NCBI RefSeq assembly: GCF_963921235.1
Contig: NC_086097.1
Coordinates: 3,658,001-3,722,000 of the forward strand
From: Mobula hypostoma
Lineage: Eukaryota
DNA length: 64,000 nt
Reading direction: 5' to 3'
Position numbers and translations under genes: made by a program
Shown here: positions 46,176 through 59,960 of the stretch, piece by piece
Layout: every line of letters starts with the position of its first letter
Numbering within the stretch: the stretch's first letter is position 1
Notes under the pieces: model-generated
What the model was told of the DNA's origin: nothing
Database searches by the model: none
What the model saw: only the letters and a program-made list of their open reading frames with translations

Positions 46176-49100
46176 TTTCCAGAATAATTCTAACTATACA
46201 TCTCAGCTTATTTTAAAGGTAGACCCAGTTCCCACAATGTTGCAATCGCTTTCAGATGAGCATTGACCAGATCCGTTAAAAATGCAAGAAGCTGAGTTAA
46301 ATATACTCCCAATCACAGACTGTCAACAGGCATACAATGGGGACCTGCTCACTACATACTTATTGGCAACTGCGGGGAGAAACATAGATGAAGAAGTGAA
46401 TTTCAACCATTTTAAGTGAATTTTCTCGGTGATTTTAAATAACGTCCATTAGTATGAATTTCAGGTTAAATAAATGATTTTGCTTGTGTGTTTTTACACC
46501 GAACCAATAGAAAAGAAGATATTTTTATTCGGTTAAAAAGAGAGCGATTCTTATAGTAAGGATGCGACCCGTTCTGTTTTGGTGAAGTGACCCCGTTACA
46601 CGGAGCCGTCCGTGTGTGACCACCCAGTGCTGTGCTCCTGTTCCACCATATGCTTCGACACTGGGGACATTCAATACAGCCTGATAATGCGCCCAGAAAT
46701 TCCAAATCCTGTCTTATACGTTATTACAAAAAAAAAATCCATTGAAAACAAACAAAAAAAAGAATGAAGTTCAAAATACATTCTGAGGGAGTGGGTCAAT
46801 TCCTATAGCTTATTAAGGTCTTGAAATTACTAAACTGTAAAATGACGCTTACCATCTAAAGGCAGGCTAATACGGCATTTAACTTCACGATTGTTCAGCA
46901 CAGCAGCTGAAGTGTATCAATCAGTTGCTTTGGGATCAGATCTTAAACCCCAGTACTCATACTCGGGGTTTAGGCCACTGACAGAAGCTCATCAGCGTCC
47001 TCTGTCCTGGGCCTGTTTTCCAGGTTGTCTTGACCTGTAGCCAATCTTCACACAGCCAATGAAGTATTTTGGAGTTTCTGTTGCAGTTTCTGTAGCGCTG
47101 GATTTTTTTATGAGATGGGGTTGCTCCTCTTTTCCTAGCCAGGCTTGTGTCCATCCATGATGGAGTTTGGGGATCATAGAGAAGGCTGTTATACACTTGG
47201 AACCCATGGTTATAATAATATCTCATAGCTACAGACAGTTGCTGGAGGCCCCACCAACAACTTCGGGCGGGTGGTGAGGGATGCAAATTTCCCATTTGTT
47301 GATCCTCCCGGTCTTTCAATCTTCAGAATCAGAATCAGAATTAGGTTTGATATCGCTGGCATTATGTCTTGAAATTTGCAGTTTTGTGGTACAGTATTTT
47401 GTAACATATATATAAATTGTAACTTATATATATATAAGTAGCGCAGAAAGGGAGAGATGAAAGTAAGCAAGGTAGTGTTCATTCAGAAATCTGACGGCAG
47501 AGGGGAAAAACCTGTTCCTAAAATGTTAAGTGCGTATCTTTAGGCTCCTGTACCTTCTCCTTGATGGTAGCAATGAGAAGAAGGCATGTCTTAGGGGATG
47601 GGGTCCTTAATGATTGATCCTGTCTTTCTGAGGCATCACCTTGTGTAAGTGTCCTCAATGCTGGGGAGGCTTCAAGTCCAACAGTTTCTTTATCCCTCAG
47701 TGTGGTATTAACAGTCACAGCGTAATCAACTGGAACACGTTCCGAGTTCAATGAGTTATAGTAAACCGTTCAAAGATAAAACAACATTAAAAAGAATACC
47801 AAAAATAAAGTCGCAGTGCCAAACAGTGAGAAAACAAGCCCTTTGTAACACCAACAACTTCTTATTCTGGCTTTACCCCCTTCCTTTCCAATCCTGATGA
47901 AGCGTCTCAGCCCGAAACATTGACTGCTTATTAATTTCCATAGAGGCTGCCTAACCTGCTGAGTTCCTCCAGCATTTTGTGTGTGTTACCATAGTGCAGT
48001 TTGTAAATGTCTTCTAATGAATTCAGTTATGCAACTGTAAATGAAGTTCAGAAGCAGACTAAGGTTTAATATCACTGGAATATGTTGTGAAATTTATTGA
48101 ATTTGCAGCAGAAGTGCAATACAATACATAATAATGAGAAACAACTGTAAATTACAGGAAGTGTATATATAGTAGTTAAATTAAATAAGTAATGCAAAAA
48201 TAAAAATAGAACTAGTCTGAGGTAGGGCTCATGGGTCCAATGTCCATTCAGGAATCGGTGGCAGAGGGGAAGAAGCTGTTCCTGAGTATGCGTCTTCAGG
48301 CTTCTGTACCTCCTTCCTGATGGTAACAGTGAGAACAGGCCATCACCCTGACCTGGGTGATGGAATCCTTAATGATGGATGCTGCCCTTTCTGAAGCACT
48401 GCTCCTTGAAGAAGAACTGGATATTATAATACTTGGTACTACTATAGCAAAGAAACAATTGCATCTAGTTTTGTGTATCCAGAATGCTTGGAACAGCTGT
48501 TAATCAGTTTAGTTTATGACTTCAAGCAACCTCAAGGCATCATGCTCCAGGTTAGGAGTGTAATATTCTATGGGAACCAATTTAATTCTAAATCAGCAAG
48601 AAAAAATCAGAAAAGATGTTCACCTGTCACCTTCTAGCTTATCATCCCCCATCTTTTATTTTGGCTTTTTTCCCTTTCCCTTTCAGTCCTGAAGAAGGGC
48701 CGTGGCCTGACATGTCACCTGTTTATTCACTTCCATGGATTCTGCTGGTCCTGCTGAGTTCCTCCGGCATTCTGTGTATGTGTCTCTGGACCTCCAGCAT
48801 CGGCAGAATCTCTTGTGTTCAGAGTTCATAGCTGAACAATCCACAAGATTAAAACACATACTGCAATCACTCACTACAATGTTTAAAAAGAGCAAGCTGT
48901 TATAATAATTCAGTTTGTGTGTGTGTGTGTTTGAAAATCAAAATCAGGTTTAATATCACTGACACGTTGTGAAATTTGTTGTTTTATGGCAGCAGTACAT
49001 TGAAATACATAATAAAATTATCATACATTAGAATAAGTACATATATATACACACATTCTTCTTCATATATATATATAATGTGTATGTGTATATACTTCTT

Positions 49101-50794
49101 GCATATTAAATAAATAAGTCGTGTAAAAAAAGAGCAAAAGAAAAAGTATCAGTGAGGTAATGCACACGGGTTCATTGCCCATTCTGAAATCTGGTGCTGG
49201 AGGGGGGGAAACTGCTGCTAAAGTGTTGCGTGTGTGCTTCCAGGCTCTTGTACCTCCTCCTTGATGGTAGCATTGAGAAGAAGGCTTGTCCTGGGAGATG
49301 GGTTTGTTACGATCATGGCCGAACTACAACGGAATTGGAGTAAGTCATATGAGACATCACGGAACTCCCTGTGAGCTTTGAGTCCATTTACACACGCTCA
49401 GTTACCAGCCTGGGGCAGAACCTTATTCTGTCTATTCAGCCTGTTCAGTAAATTGCAAACACCCCTGGGTCAGACCAGTGATTTTATGGTCAGGACAACA
49501 AATTGTGCCCAACTCTTATGTGTACATCAGTGTTCTCATTAACCTGTTATTAACCTATTTTTATTTATTAAGAGATACAGTGTGGAACAGGTCCTTCTGA
49601 TTCAACAAGTTGCACCTCCCAGCAATCAACATACATAACCCCAACCTAATCACAGGACAATTTACAATGACCAATTAACCTACTAACCATTGTGTCTTTG
49701 GACTGTGGGAGGAAACCAGAGCACCCAGGGGAAACCCCCATGTGATTACAGTGAGAACGTACAGACAGCATTGAATTGAACTCTGAACCCTGATACCCCG
49801 AGCTGTAACAGCATTGCATTGACCGTCACCATGGCACCTGTTGTTGAGATGTTTGTCGGGGGCATCGCCAAGAGTCTATATGAATTCAGGTGACTTACTT
49901 TAGAACTATGATGAGTAATTTGTAAGTGCTACATGTTTTCAAAGTCCACAGATAGGACAGACTCTGGAAGTGACATGCAGGAAGAAGTCCACCTGGTTAG
50001 GATATCTGATCTGCCTTTAACTCTATATTACGCTAAGCAAGTAGAGTGTGATGTTATTACCTTGCACCAATGTTAAACATGTAATGTAGTTATTCTCTTT
50101 AAGGCAAGGTGCTTTTTGACAACTTCCTGAAGCTGTACTCCACCTGCTGTCTAATCTTAGCATGACTCCTCATGTTTATCAAAGTAAACGATTGCAATAG
50201 AACATAGAACACAGAACATTACAGCACAGGACAGGCCCTTTGACCCATGATGTTGTGTTGATCTTTTAACCTACACTAAGATCAATTCAACCCTTCCCTC
50301 CCACATAGCCCCCCATTTTTCTATCATCCATGCACCTATCTGAGAGTCTCTTAAATATCCCTAATGAACCTGCCTCCCCCCACCCCTGACAGCACGTTCC
50401 ATGCACCCACCACTCTGTGTAAAATGCCTTTTGCTGATTTTCCTCCAGTCTGATTGATTGTCTCAGCCTGAAATGTCAACTCTTTATTCATTTCCATAGA
50501 TAATACCTGACCTGCTGAGTTCTTCCGGCATTTTGTGTGTTACTCTGGATTTCCAGCATCTGCAGAATCTTATTTGTCTCAGAAATTCTTTAATAATTTT
50601 GCAGGAGAGTACAAAATAAAACTGAAAATGAATATAACAATTTGATAAGACAAACTGTAGATATGTCTGCAGCATGATAGTAGATTTAAGGTGAGATGGT
50701 ACAGTATCTTTGTTGTCATTGGAAAATACATTATTTAAATTTACCCGTCATGGCCTCCGGATGTCCTGAATTTCTTTGCAGCCGCTGAAGTACG

Positions 50795-51340
50795 GAAACA
50801 CAGGAGATACGGCGGATGCTGCAAATCCAGAGCAACACACACAAAATGCTGGAGGAACTCAGCAGGTCAGGCAGCATCTATGGAAATGAATAAACAGTCA
50901 ATGTTCTGGGCCAAGACCCTTCTTCAGGACTAGAAAGGAAGGGGGAAGAAGCCAGAATAAAAGAGGTGGGGTGTGGGGGAAGGGGACAGCTAGAAGGTGA
51001 TAGGTGAAACCAGGTGGGTGGGAAAGGTAGAGGGCTGGAGAGGAAGGAATCTGGTAGGAGAGGAGAGCGGACCATGGGGGAAAGGAAAGGAGGAGGGAGA
51101 GAAGGGGAAGGTGCTGGGCAGGTGAAGAGAAGTGTTAAGAGGTCGAAGTGGGGAATTGAAGAAGAGGGAATGGAGAACAAAAAATATTACTGGAAGTTCA
51201 AGAAATCGCTGTTCATGCCATCAGGTTGGAGGCTACCCAGATGGAATATAAAGGTGTTGTTCCTCCATCCTGGGTGTGGCCTCATTGTAGCACAAGAGGA
51301 GGCCATGCACCAACATGTCAGAAGGGGAATGGGGACCAGA
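50795..51340 (-). mobile_element. Penelope-like 3' fragment (GIY-YIG end plus decayed hammerhead)
   Basis: FHLGSLQPDGMNSDFLNFQ* matches the 29570-29638 peptide. Core CTGAAGAAGGGTCTTGGCCCAGAAC lacks GAAA. Further decayed copies at about 47850-47990, 48615-48820, 50460-50580 and 56320-56500. Confidence 0.8.
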
Positions 51341-52576
51341 ATTAAAAGGGTTAATTTTAATTCTGAAGTATATAGTTTTGTAAAATTATTGAACCAGATT
51401 GTTAAAGTGACTAAGATCCACATTAAAACACTCTGTTATAAGATTGCCTAAGACTGACAGGATGTGCATATTGACCAGATCACTTACGGTAAAAGGTATT
51501 GATGATAAACCCCCCCAGTGTGTTGTCATTTTTCTACAGCAAAGGAACTATGTCCTGTACGTAAATTACTTCCAGTGGAAATGATACAATATCTTAGCTA
51601 AGTGTCCATGAATGATGGTTTGGTTACTTTGTCCAAGAGATGATTTCATTTTGTGTAAGGTGGCAATCAATTGTTTTACACTGTCTGTGTGAGAAAGATT
51701 GATGTGAGAGGATATAATTTTATTAAATAAAAAGCAAGGCTATAAAGCTATGCAAAGGAGAAGCAGTTTTATATATAGGTTTATTTATTCCATTTAATGG
51801 ATTGCAATGTATTTTGATTTAGTAGGAGATCGGGTCCCGAGTTTTAAAAAAACGATGCTTGTAGCAATAGACAGTCCAGGGAAACTGTTACACAACACAG
51901 ATTCTTCACCTGAATTGTAGGGAAAGGTTTGACAGGTTCAGACTTTATTCCTTAGAGTGTAGGAGAACGAGAGGAGATTGAAAGAGGTATACAAAAAACG
52001 AGGGGTATTGATAGGGTAGTACAAGCAGGCTTTTCCATTTGAGCTTGGTTGACACCAGAGATAGAGGCCATGGGTTAACAGTAAAAGGTGAAATATTAAT
52101 GGGAAAACGAAGGGCAATTTGTTCACTCAGAGGGCGCTATGAGTATGGGACGATCATAGGACAGTTTAAAAGGTTGGCACAACAGGGCCAGAAATCCTGT
52201 CCTGCGCTTTCCAAAGAACATAAGACATAAGAAGCAGAATTAAGACATTCAGCCCATTGAATCTGCTCCACCATTCCATAATGGCTGATTTATTATCCCT
52301 CTCAACCATATTCTCCTGCCTAACCCTAACTAATCTAGAACCTATCAACCTCCAATTTAAATATATCCAATGACTTTGCCTCCAAAACTATCCAGGACAA
52401 TGAATTTCACAGATTTAACCTCTGCCTCGAGAAATTCCTCCACTTCTCCATTCTAAATAGCTGTCCCTCTATTCTAAAGCTGTGACCTCTTGCTCTAGAC
52501 CCCCCCCCCACTAAAGGAAATATCCTCTCCACACCCACTCTGTTTAGATCTTTCAATATTCGACGAGTTTCAATGA

Positions 52577-52860
52577 GAAGCTGAATGCCCGAGAAGTAGA
52601 ATCACAGAAATAAAGCATCTTGGAGAAGTAGAATCTCCGAGAGGCCGAATCTCTGAGAGGTTGAATCTCTGAGAAGCCGAATCTCCGAGAAGTAGAATCT
52701 CCGAGGAGCTGAATTTCCAAGAAGTAGAATCTCTGAAAGGCCAAATCTCTGAGAGACTGAAACTCCAGGAGGCAGAATCTCTGAGAGGCCATAGAATCTC
52801 CAAGAAGCAGAATTTCTGAGAAGCAGAATTTTGAAGTAGAATTTCAGAGAAACAGAGTGT
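52577..52860. repeat. Degenerate 16-bp minisatellite (GARGYNGAATCTCYGA)n
   Basis: Units such as GAAGTAGAATCTCCGA, GAGGCCGAATCTCTGA and GAAGCAGAATTTCTGA; roughly 15-17 copies. Confidence 0.85.
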
Positions 52861-53369
52861 CAATAAGTTGAACCTGAAGAAGTCATTGGGTATTTAACTC
52901 AGATCCATGCTTACCCCTGAAGAGATGTCCTGAGCTTCCTTCTTGTATTTTATTTGTCAAAGTCACCACTGAATCGTTCGAATGTTCAGATTTCAAAGTT
53001 CAAAGTAAATTTATTATCGATGTACAAAAACCATGGGCAAACCAATTCCTTGCTAATTTTTCTGACTGAGAGACTGAAACACTGAGAATAGGATTTCTTT
53101 GTTTCGTGGACTTTGTGAAGAGGATGCTTTTCAGGTTGTATATGGTATACATACTCTGATATTAAATGTACTTTGAACTTTGAATTTTGATATCACCATA
53201 TACAACCCTGAGATTCATTTTCTTGTGGGCATTCACAGTAAATAGAAAGAAACAGAATAGAATCAATGGAAAGCCACACACAACAAGAGAGACAAACAAC
53301 CATTGTGCAAAAGACAACACCGTATGCAAACACAAAAAGAGAATAATAATTATTATTATTCTTATAAAC

Positions 53370-56283
53370 TATGCAAGGAGTATTGTAGTTAAGGCAGATG
53401 AGTTTAGGGCGTGGATTGGCATGTGGGATTACGACATTATTGCTTTTAGTGAGACTTGGTTGCAGGAGGGGCAGAACTGGCAGCTTAATGTTCCGGGGTT
53501 CCGTTGTTTCAGATGTGACAGAGGGGGAGGGATGAAAGGGGGAGGAGTAGCATTACTAGTCAGGGAGACTATCACAGCTGTGCATAGACAGGACAGCCCA
53601 GAGGGCTCATCTACAGAGGCCATATGGGTGGAGCTGAGGAACAGGAAAGGTGTGACCACACTAATAGGGTTGTATTATAGATTGCCCAATAGTCAGAGAG
53701 AATTGGAGGAGCAAATCTGTAGAGAGATAGCAGACCGATGTAAGAAACAGGAAGTCGTAGTAATAGGGGATTTTAACTTTCCACATATTGACTGGGACTC
53801 CCACACTGTGAAAGGGCTAGATGGCTTGGAGTTTGTCAAATGTGTTCAGGAAAGTTTTCTAAATCAATATATAGAGGTACCAACGAGAGAGGATGCAATA
53901 CTTGATCTCCTATTAGGGAACCAGACAGGTCAGGTGACAGAAGTATGTGTAGGCGAACATTTTGGGTCCAGTGACCGTAATGTCATTAGTTTCAAGTTAA
54001 TTGTGGATAAGGATAGGACTGGTCCTCGAGTTAAGGTTCTAAATTGGAGAAGGGCCAATTTTGAGGAAATGAGAAAGGATCTAGGAAGAGTGGATTGGGA
54101 TAAGTTGTTTTCTGGCAAGGATGTGTTCAGTACGTGGAAGGCATTCAAAGGCGAAATTTTGAGAGTGCAGAGTTTGCATGTTCCTGCCAGGATTAAAGGC
54201 AAAATTTACAGGCATAGGGAACCTTGGTTTTCAAGGGATATTGGCGATCTGGTTAAGAAAAAGAGAGAGGTGTATAGCAGGTATAGGCAACAAAGAACAA
54301 ATGAGGTACATGAAGAGTATAGAAGATGTAAGAAAATACTAAAGATGGAAATCAGGAAGGCAAAAAGAAGACATGAGGTTACTTTGGCAGATAATGTGAA
54401 GGTAAACCCGAAGGGTTTCTACAAGGATATTAAGAGTAAAAGGATAGAAGGGAACAAAATTGGTCCCCTAGAAGATCAAAGTGGTTGTTTATGTGTGGAG
54501 CCTCATGAGATGGGGGAGATCTTAAACAATTTTTTTGCATCAGCATTTACTCCGGAAACTGGCAAAGCGTATATGGAAGGAAGGGAAACAAGCAGCAAGT
54601 GTCATGGAACATATAGAGATTAAAGAGGAGGAGGTGCTTGCTGCCTTACAGCGAATAAAGGTAGATAAATCCCCCGGACCTGACATGATATTTCCTCGGA
54701 CCTTGAGAGAGACTAGTGTAGCAATTGCAGAGGCCCTGGCAGAAATATTTAAAATGTCCTGAGCCACAGGTGCGGTGCCAGAGGATTGGAAGGTGGCTCA
54801 TGTTGTTCCGTTGTTTACAAAAGGCTCCAAAAGTAAACCATGTAATTACAGGCTGGTGAGCCTGACATCAGTAGTAGGTAAATTATTGGAAGGTGTTCTG
54901 AGAGATCGGATATACAAGTATTTAGACAGCCAAGGGCTGATTAATGATAGTCAGCATGGCTTTGTACGTGGTAGATCGTGTTTAACGAATCTTGTAGAGT
55001 TTTTCGAGGAGGTTACCAAGAAAGTAGATGAAGGAAAGGCTGTGGATGTTGTCTACATGGACTTCAGTAAGGCCTTTGACAAGGTGCCACATGGGAGGTT
55101 AGTTCAGAAGGTTCAGACACTAGGTATCCATGGAGAGGTTGTGAACTGGATTCGAAATTGGCTCCATGGGAGAAGACAGAGAGTGGTAGTGGATGATTGC
55201 TTCTCAGACTGGAGGCCTGTGACTAGTGGTGTGCCTCAGGGATCTGTGCTGGGACCATTGTTGTTTATTGTCTGTATCAATGATCTAGATAATAATGTGG
55301 TAAATTGGATCAACAAGTTTGCTGATGACGCTAAGATTAGAGGCGTTGTGGACAGCGAGGAAGACTTTCAAAGCTTGCAGAGGGATCTGGACCAACTGGA
55401 AAAATGGGCCAGAAAATGGCAGATGGAATTTAATGCAGACAAGTGTGAGGTGTTGTGTTTTAGAAGGACAAATCAAGGCAGGACACAGTAAATGGTAGGG
55501 CACTGGGGAGTGTGGAGGAACAAAGAGGTCTGGGAGGTCAGATACATAATTCCCTGAAAGTGGTGTCACAGGTAGACAGGGTTGTAAAAAAGGCTTTTGG
55601 CATCCTGGCATTCATAAATCAAAGTATTGAGTATAGGAGTTGGGATATTATGGTGAGGTTGTATAAGACATTGGTGAGGCCAAATTTGGAGTATTGTGTG
55701 CAGTTCTGGTCACCTAACTATAGGAAGGATATCAGTAAGATTGAAAGAGTGCAGAGAAGATTTACTAGGATGTTGCTGGGTCTTCAGGGGTTGAGTTACA
55801 GGGAAAGATTGAACAGGTTAGGGCTTTATTCCATGGAGATTTGATAGAGGTTTACAAAATAATGTATCATTTCTTAATTCATGCATTACTAAATGTCAAT
55901 AAAAGAGGACTACATGTCTTCATAATCTAAATCATGAGGGGTATAGACAGAGTAAATGTGAATAGGCTCTTTCCACTTAGATTAGGAGAGACAAATACGA
56001 GAGGACATGGCTTTAGGGTGAAAGGGGAAAGGTTTAGGGGGAACATTACGGGGAACTTCTTCACTCAGAGAGTGGTGGGAGTGTTGAATGAGCTGCCATC
56101 TGATGCAGTAAATGCGGGCTCACTCTTAAGTTTTAAGAATAAATTGGATAGGTATATGGACGGGAGAGGTCTGGAGGGTTATGGACTGGATGCAGGTCAA
56201 TGGGACTAGTGGAATAATGTTCGGCACAGACTAGAAGGGCCAAATGGCCTGTTTTCTGTGCTGTAGTGTTCTATGATTCTATG
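53370..56283 (+). mobile_element. CR1 LINE ORF2, near-complete but disrupted
   Basis: APE motifs (ARSI, AFSETWL, GDFN, SDRN) in ORF 53187-54623; RT motifs ([25 protein letters not shown]) in ORF 54775-55491. Frameshift at about 54600, stop at 55489, about 70-bp insert at 55860-55933; TTCTATG(A) tail. Confidence 0.92.
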
Positions 56284-58169
56284 ATTAGTTTGCATGGAAC
56301 CTTAGGTACTGTTTAACTTAAACGCAAGAGATTTTGCAGATGCTGGAAATCCAGAGCAACGCACACACGATGCTGGAGGAACTCAGCAGCTCAGGCAGCA
56401 TCCATGGAAATGAATAAACAGTTGACATCTTCTCAGGAAGACAGGTCTTGATGAAGGGTCTTAGCCCAAAACTGAATTTCCAGTAGCCGCAGAATCTCTT
56501 GTGTCCTATCCATGCGAGCCTCTTTGTATATTCATTCCTGTTCCTTGCAATTCTCTTGTCCTGTGGTCAATTCCATCATTGTCGCTCTTTGTTTCCTTTA
56601 TCAGGGAAGCCTTTCACTTCAGTAAATCCTCCTCCTTCTGCCTATTGCAGATCAACCAGGCACAGAGAGGGTCATAGATTGCTACGGCACAGAAGCAGGC
56701 CTTTCGGGCCATCTAGTCTATGCTGAATTGTTATTCTGCCTAGTCCCATTCACCATAACCCACCATAGATCAGGAGCGTAATGGAACACTCCCCATTTGA
56801 CGAGATAAGAAAGTCTCCCTTAGCACCAAAACAAAAATCTCTCCCCCATCCAGATCAAAACCATCCTCCTGATTGGTAATCATTTCTCCATCGTAACCTT
56901 TCAAGCGGGACGTCAGCACCGTACTCTCTCATCTCCAAGGCCATTCCACGAGCTTCCCACAAAGCTCTGGATAGGCAGAGTATTCAAGCGCCACGATGTG
57001 CAAAAGGATCTCGTGCTTTTCCGCCATGTATGACAAAAAAACTCTCTTCTTGGGCTTCTAGTCGGGCACAGTTCTTGATTATAACCGATGTTTCAATGAT
57101 AAACTCAGCCATTTTCATTAAAGGTACAAATCATCCCCACCTGGAAACATCTCATTATTCCTCCATAGTGGCCAGTCCCAGGTCCGAAAACTTCCAAACC
57201 AAGCAACAACTCTCTAACTTCTATAGATGTGTGATAGAGAGTATACTGACTGGCTGCATCGTGGCCTGATATGGAAACACCAACGCCCTTGAACTGAAAA
57301 ACTTACAAAAAGTAGTGGATACGGCCCAGTCCATCACGTGTAAAGCCCTGCTCACCACTGAGCACAGTTACCTGCAGCACTGTCACAGGAAAGCAGCATC
57401 GATCATCAAGGACGTTACCTCCAGCACAGGCTCTGTCCTCACTGTTTCTATCAGCAGGGAAGTACAGAAGCCTCAGGACTCACACTACCAGGTTCAAGAA
57501 CAGTTACTACCCTTCAGCCATCAGGCTCTTGAACCAAAGGGGTTAACTTCACTCAACTTCTCTCACCCCATCACTGAACTGGTCCCACAACCCATATTAT
57601 GATTTTCAAGGATTCTTCCCCTCATGTTCTCAATATTTATTACTTAATTATTTGTTATTCTTATTGATCTCTTTTTGTATTTGCACAGTTAGTTGTCTTT
57701 TGCTCACTTGTGTTTGTCCAGTAGAGAGATGCCAATGTGCAAAAGATTGAAATTGGTGCAATGCTGTGTGCAATTTTTCATTGATTCTATTGTTTCTTTG
57801 TACTTCCTGCAAATGCCTGCAAGAAAATAATTCTCAGGGTTATATATGGTGACATATATGTCCACTGATAATAAATTTACTTTGAACTTTAAAATTTGAA
57901 TTTTGATCAGTTCCGTGGAGGCCTCAAGTAGAAGAAATAAGATAGAGGAAAGAAGCCAGGATGCCTCTACAGGGGTAAGCCCGGATTTGTGTTAAATACT
58001 GAACTAGGTCTGGCAGAGCCACCCACATCCCAAATTATGGCTAAGTCCTCTTTCACAGCGTTCCTTCTGTTTATCTCCCAAAAGTCCCTGTGCAAGTTTC
58101 ATCGCTCAGTTTATTTGGTGTTGCATTGTCCAAACTTCTTTCCCCAAATCACCAAACTCCCAGGAGCGA

Positions 58170-58188
58170 AGGCGCCACCTGGTGTCGG
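58170..58188 (-). promoter_or_regulatory. Candidate CTCF site
   Basis: Minus strand CCGACACCAGGTGGCGCCT resembles the CTCF core CCASYAGRKGGCRS. Located in unique sequence. Confidence 0.45.
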
Positions 58189-58379
58189 GCTGCTGGCTGA
58201 AACACCGAGACTTTACTGAAAAACAGTTAAGGTGGATGGATAGCTGGAATCTGAACCACAAATATTCAATGTCGCTGGCATATATCATGACATTTGTGAG
58301 GCTTGGAGGCAGTTCCAAAGCAGTTGTTTTATACCTTTAAGGAAATATCTTTGACTCCAAGGAAAATTCAGGCAAACAT

Positions 58380-59960
58380 TGAAACAGAAAACCTACAGCA
58401 CAATACAGGACCTTTGGCCCACAATGCTGTGCCAAGCACGTACTTAATTTAGAAATTACCTAGGGTTACCCATAGCCCTCTATTTTCCTAAGCTCCAGGA
58501 ATCTCTTAAAAGACCATATGGTACCTGCCTCCACCACCGTCACCAGCAGCCTAATCCACGCACTCACCATTCTCTGCGTAAAAAACTTACTCCTGACATC
58601 TCCTCTGTACCTGCTTCCAAGCACCTTAAAACTGTGCCCTCTCATGTTAGCCATTTCAGCCCTGGGAAAAAGTCTCTGACTATCCACATGATCAGTGCCT
58701 CTCATCATCTTATACACCTCTATCAGGTCACCTCTTATCCTCAGTCGCTCCAAGGAGAAAAGGCCGAGTTCACTCAACCTATTCTCATAAGGCATGCTCC
58801 CCAATCCAGGTAACGTCCTTGTAAATCTCCTCTTCACCCTTTTTATAGTTTCCACATTATTCATGCAGTGAGGTGACCAGAATTGAGCACAGTACTCCAA
58901 ATGGGGTCTGACCAGGGTCCTATATAGCTGCAACATTACCTCTCAGCTCTTGAACTCAATTCCATGGTTGATGAAGGCCAATGCACCGTATGCCTTCTTA
59001 ACCACACAGTCAACCTGCGCAGCAGCTTTGAGTGTCCTATGGACTCGTACCCCAAAATCCCTCTGGTCCTCCACACTGCCAAGAGTCTCATCATTAATAC
59101 TATATTCTGCCATCATATTTGTCTTAACAAAATGAACCACCTCACACTTATCTGGGTTGAACTTCATCTGCCACTTCTCAGCCCAGTTTTGCATCCTATC
59201 AATGTCCCGCTGTAACCTCTGACAGACCTCCACATTATCCACAACACCCCAACCTTTGTGTCATCAGCAAATTTACTAACCCATCCCTCCACTTCCTCAT
59301 CCAGGTCATTTATAAAAATGACGAAGAGTAAGGGTCCCAGAACAGATCCCTGAGGCTCACCACTGGTCACCGACCTCCACATAGATAGAATATGACCCAT
59401 CTACAACCACTCTTTGCCTTCTGTGCGCAAGCCAGTTCTGGATCCACAAAGCAATGTCCCCTTGGATCCCATGTCTCCTTACTTTCTCAATAAGCTTTGC
59501 ATGGGGTACCTTATCAAATGCCTTGCTGAAATCCATATATACTACATCTACTGCTCTACCATCATCAACGTGTTTAGTCACATCCTCAAAAAATTCAATC
59601 ACGATCTGCCTTTGACAAAGCCATACTGACTATTCCTAGTCATATTATGCTTCTACAAATGTTCATAAATCCTGCCTCTCAGGATCTTTTCCATCAACTT
59701 ACCAACCACTGAAGTAAGGCTCACTGATTTATAATTTCCTGGGCTATCTCTACTCTCTTTCTTGATTAACGTCTGCAACCCTCCAATCCTCCGGAACCTC
59801 TCCCGTCTCCATTGATGATTCAAAGATCATTGCCAGAGGCTCAGCAATCTCCTCCCTCGCTTCCCACAGTAGCCTGGGGTACATCTCATCCAGTCCCGGC
59901 AACTTATCCAACTTGATGCTTTCCAAAAGCTCCAGCACATCCTCTTTCTTGATGTCTATA
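58380..59960 (-). mobile_element. CR1 ORF2 RT region, degenerate
   Basis: [26 protein letters not shown] and [12 protein letters not shown] in consecutive minus-strand ORFs. Confidence 0.9.

Noticed and set aside
47890..48720. Additional functional hammerheads (about 47892 and 48684; also 3385, 50895, 56445)
   Set aside because: Core boxes, stem II or the cleavage triplet/palindrome are mutated (e.g. GACA or CAAA for GAAA). Counted as decayed copies.
53187..53370. N-terminal part of the 478-aa ORF as a novel domain fused to an endonuclease
   Set aside because: Chance read-through from an adjacent repeat tail and an (ATT)n run (IIIIIL) into the truncated CR1 APE frame.
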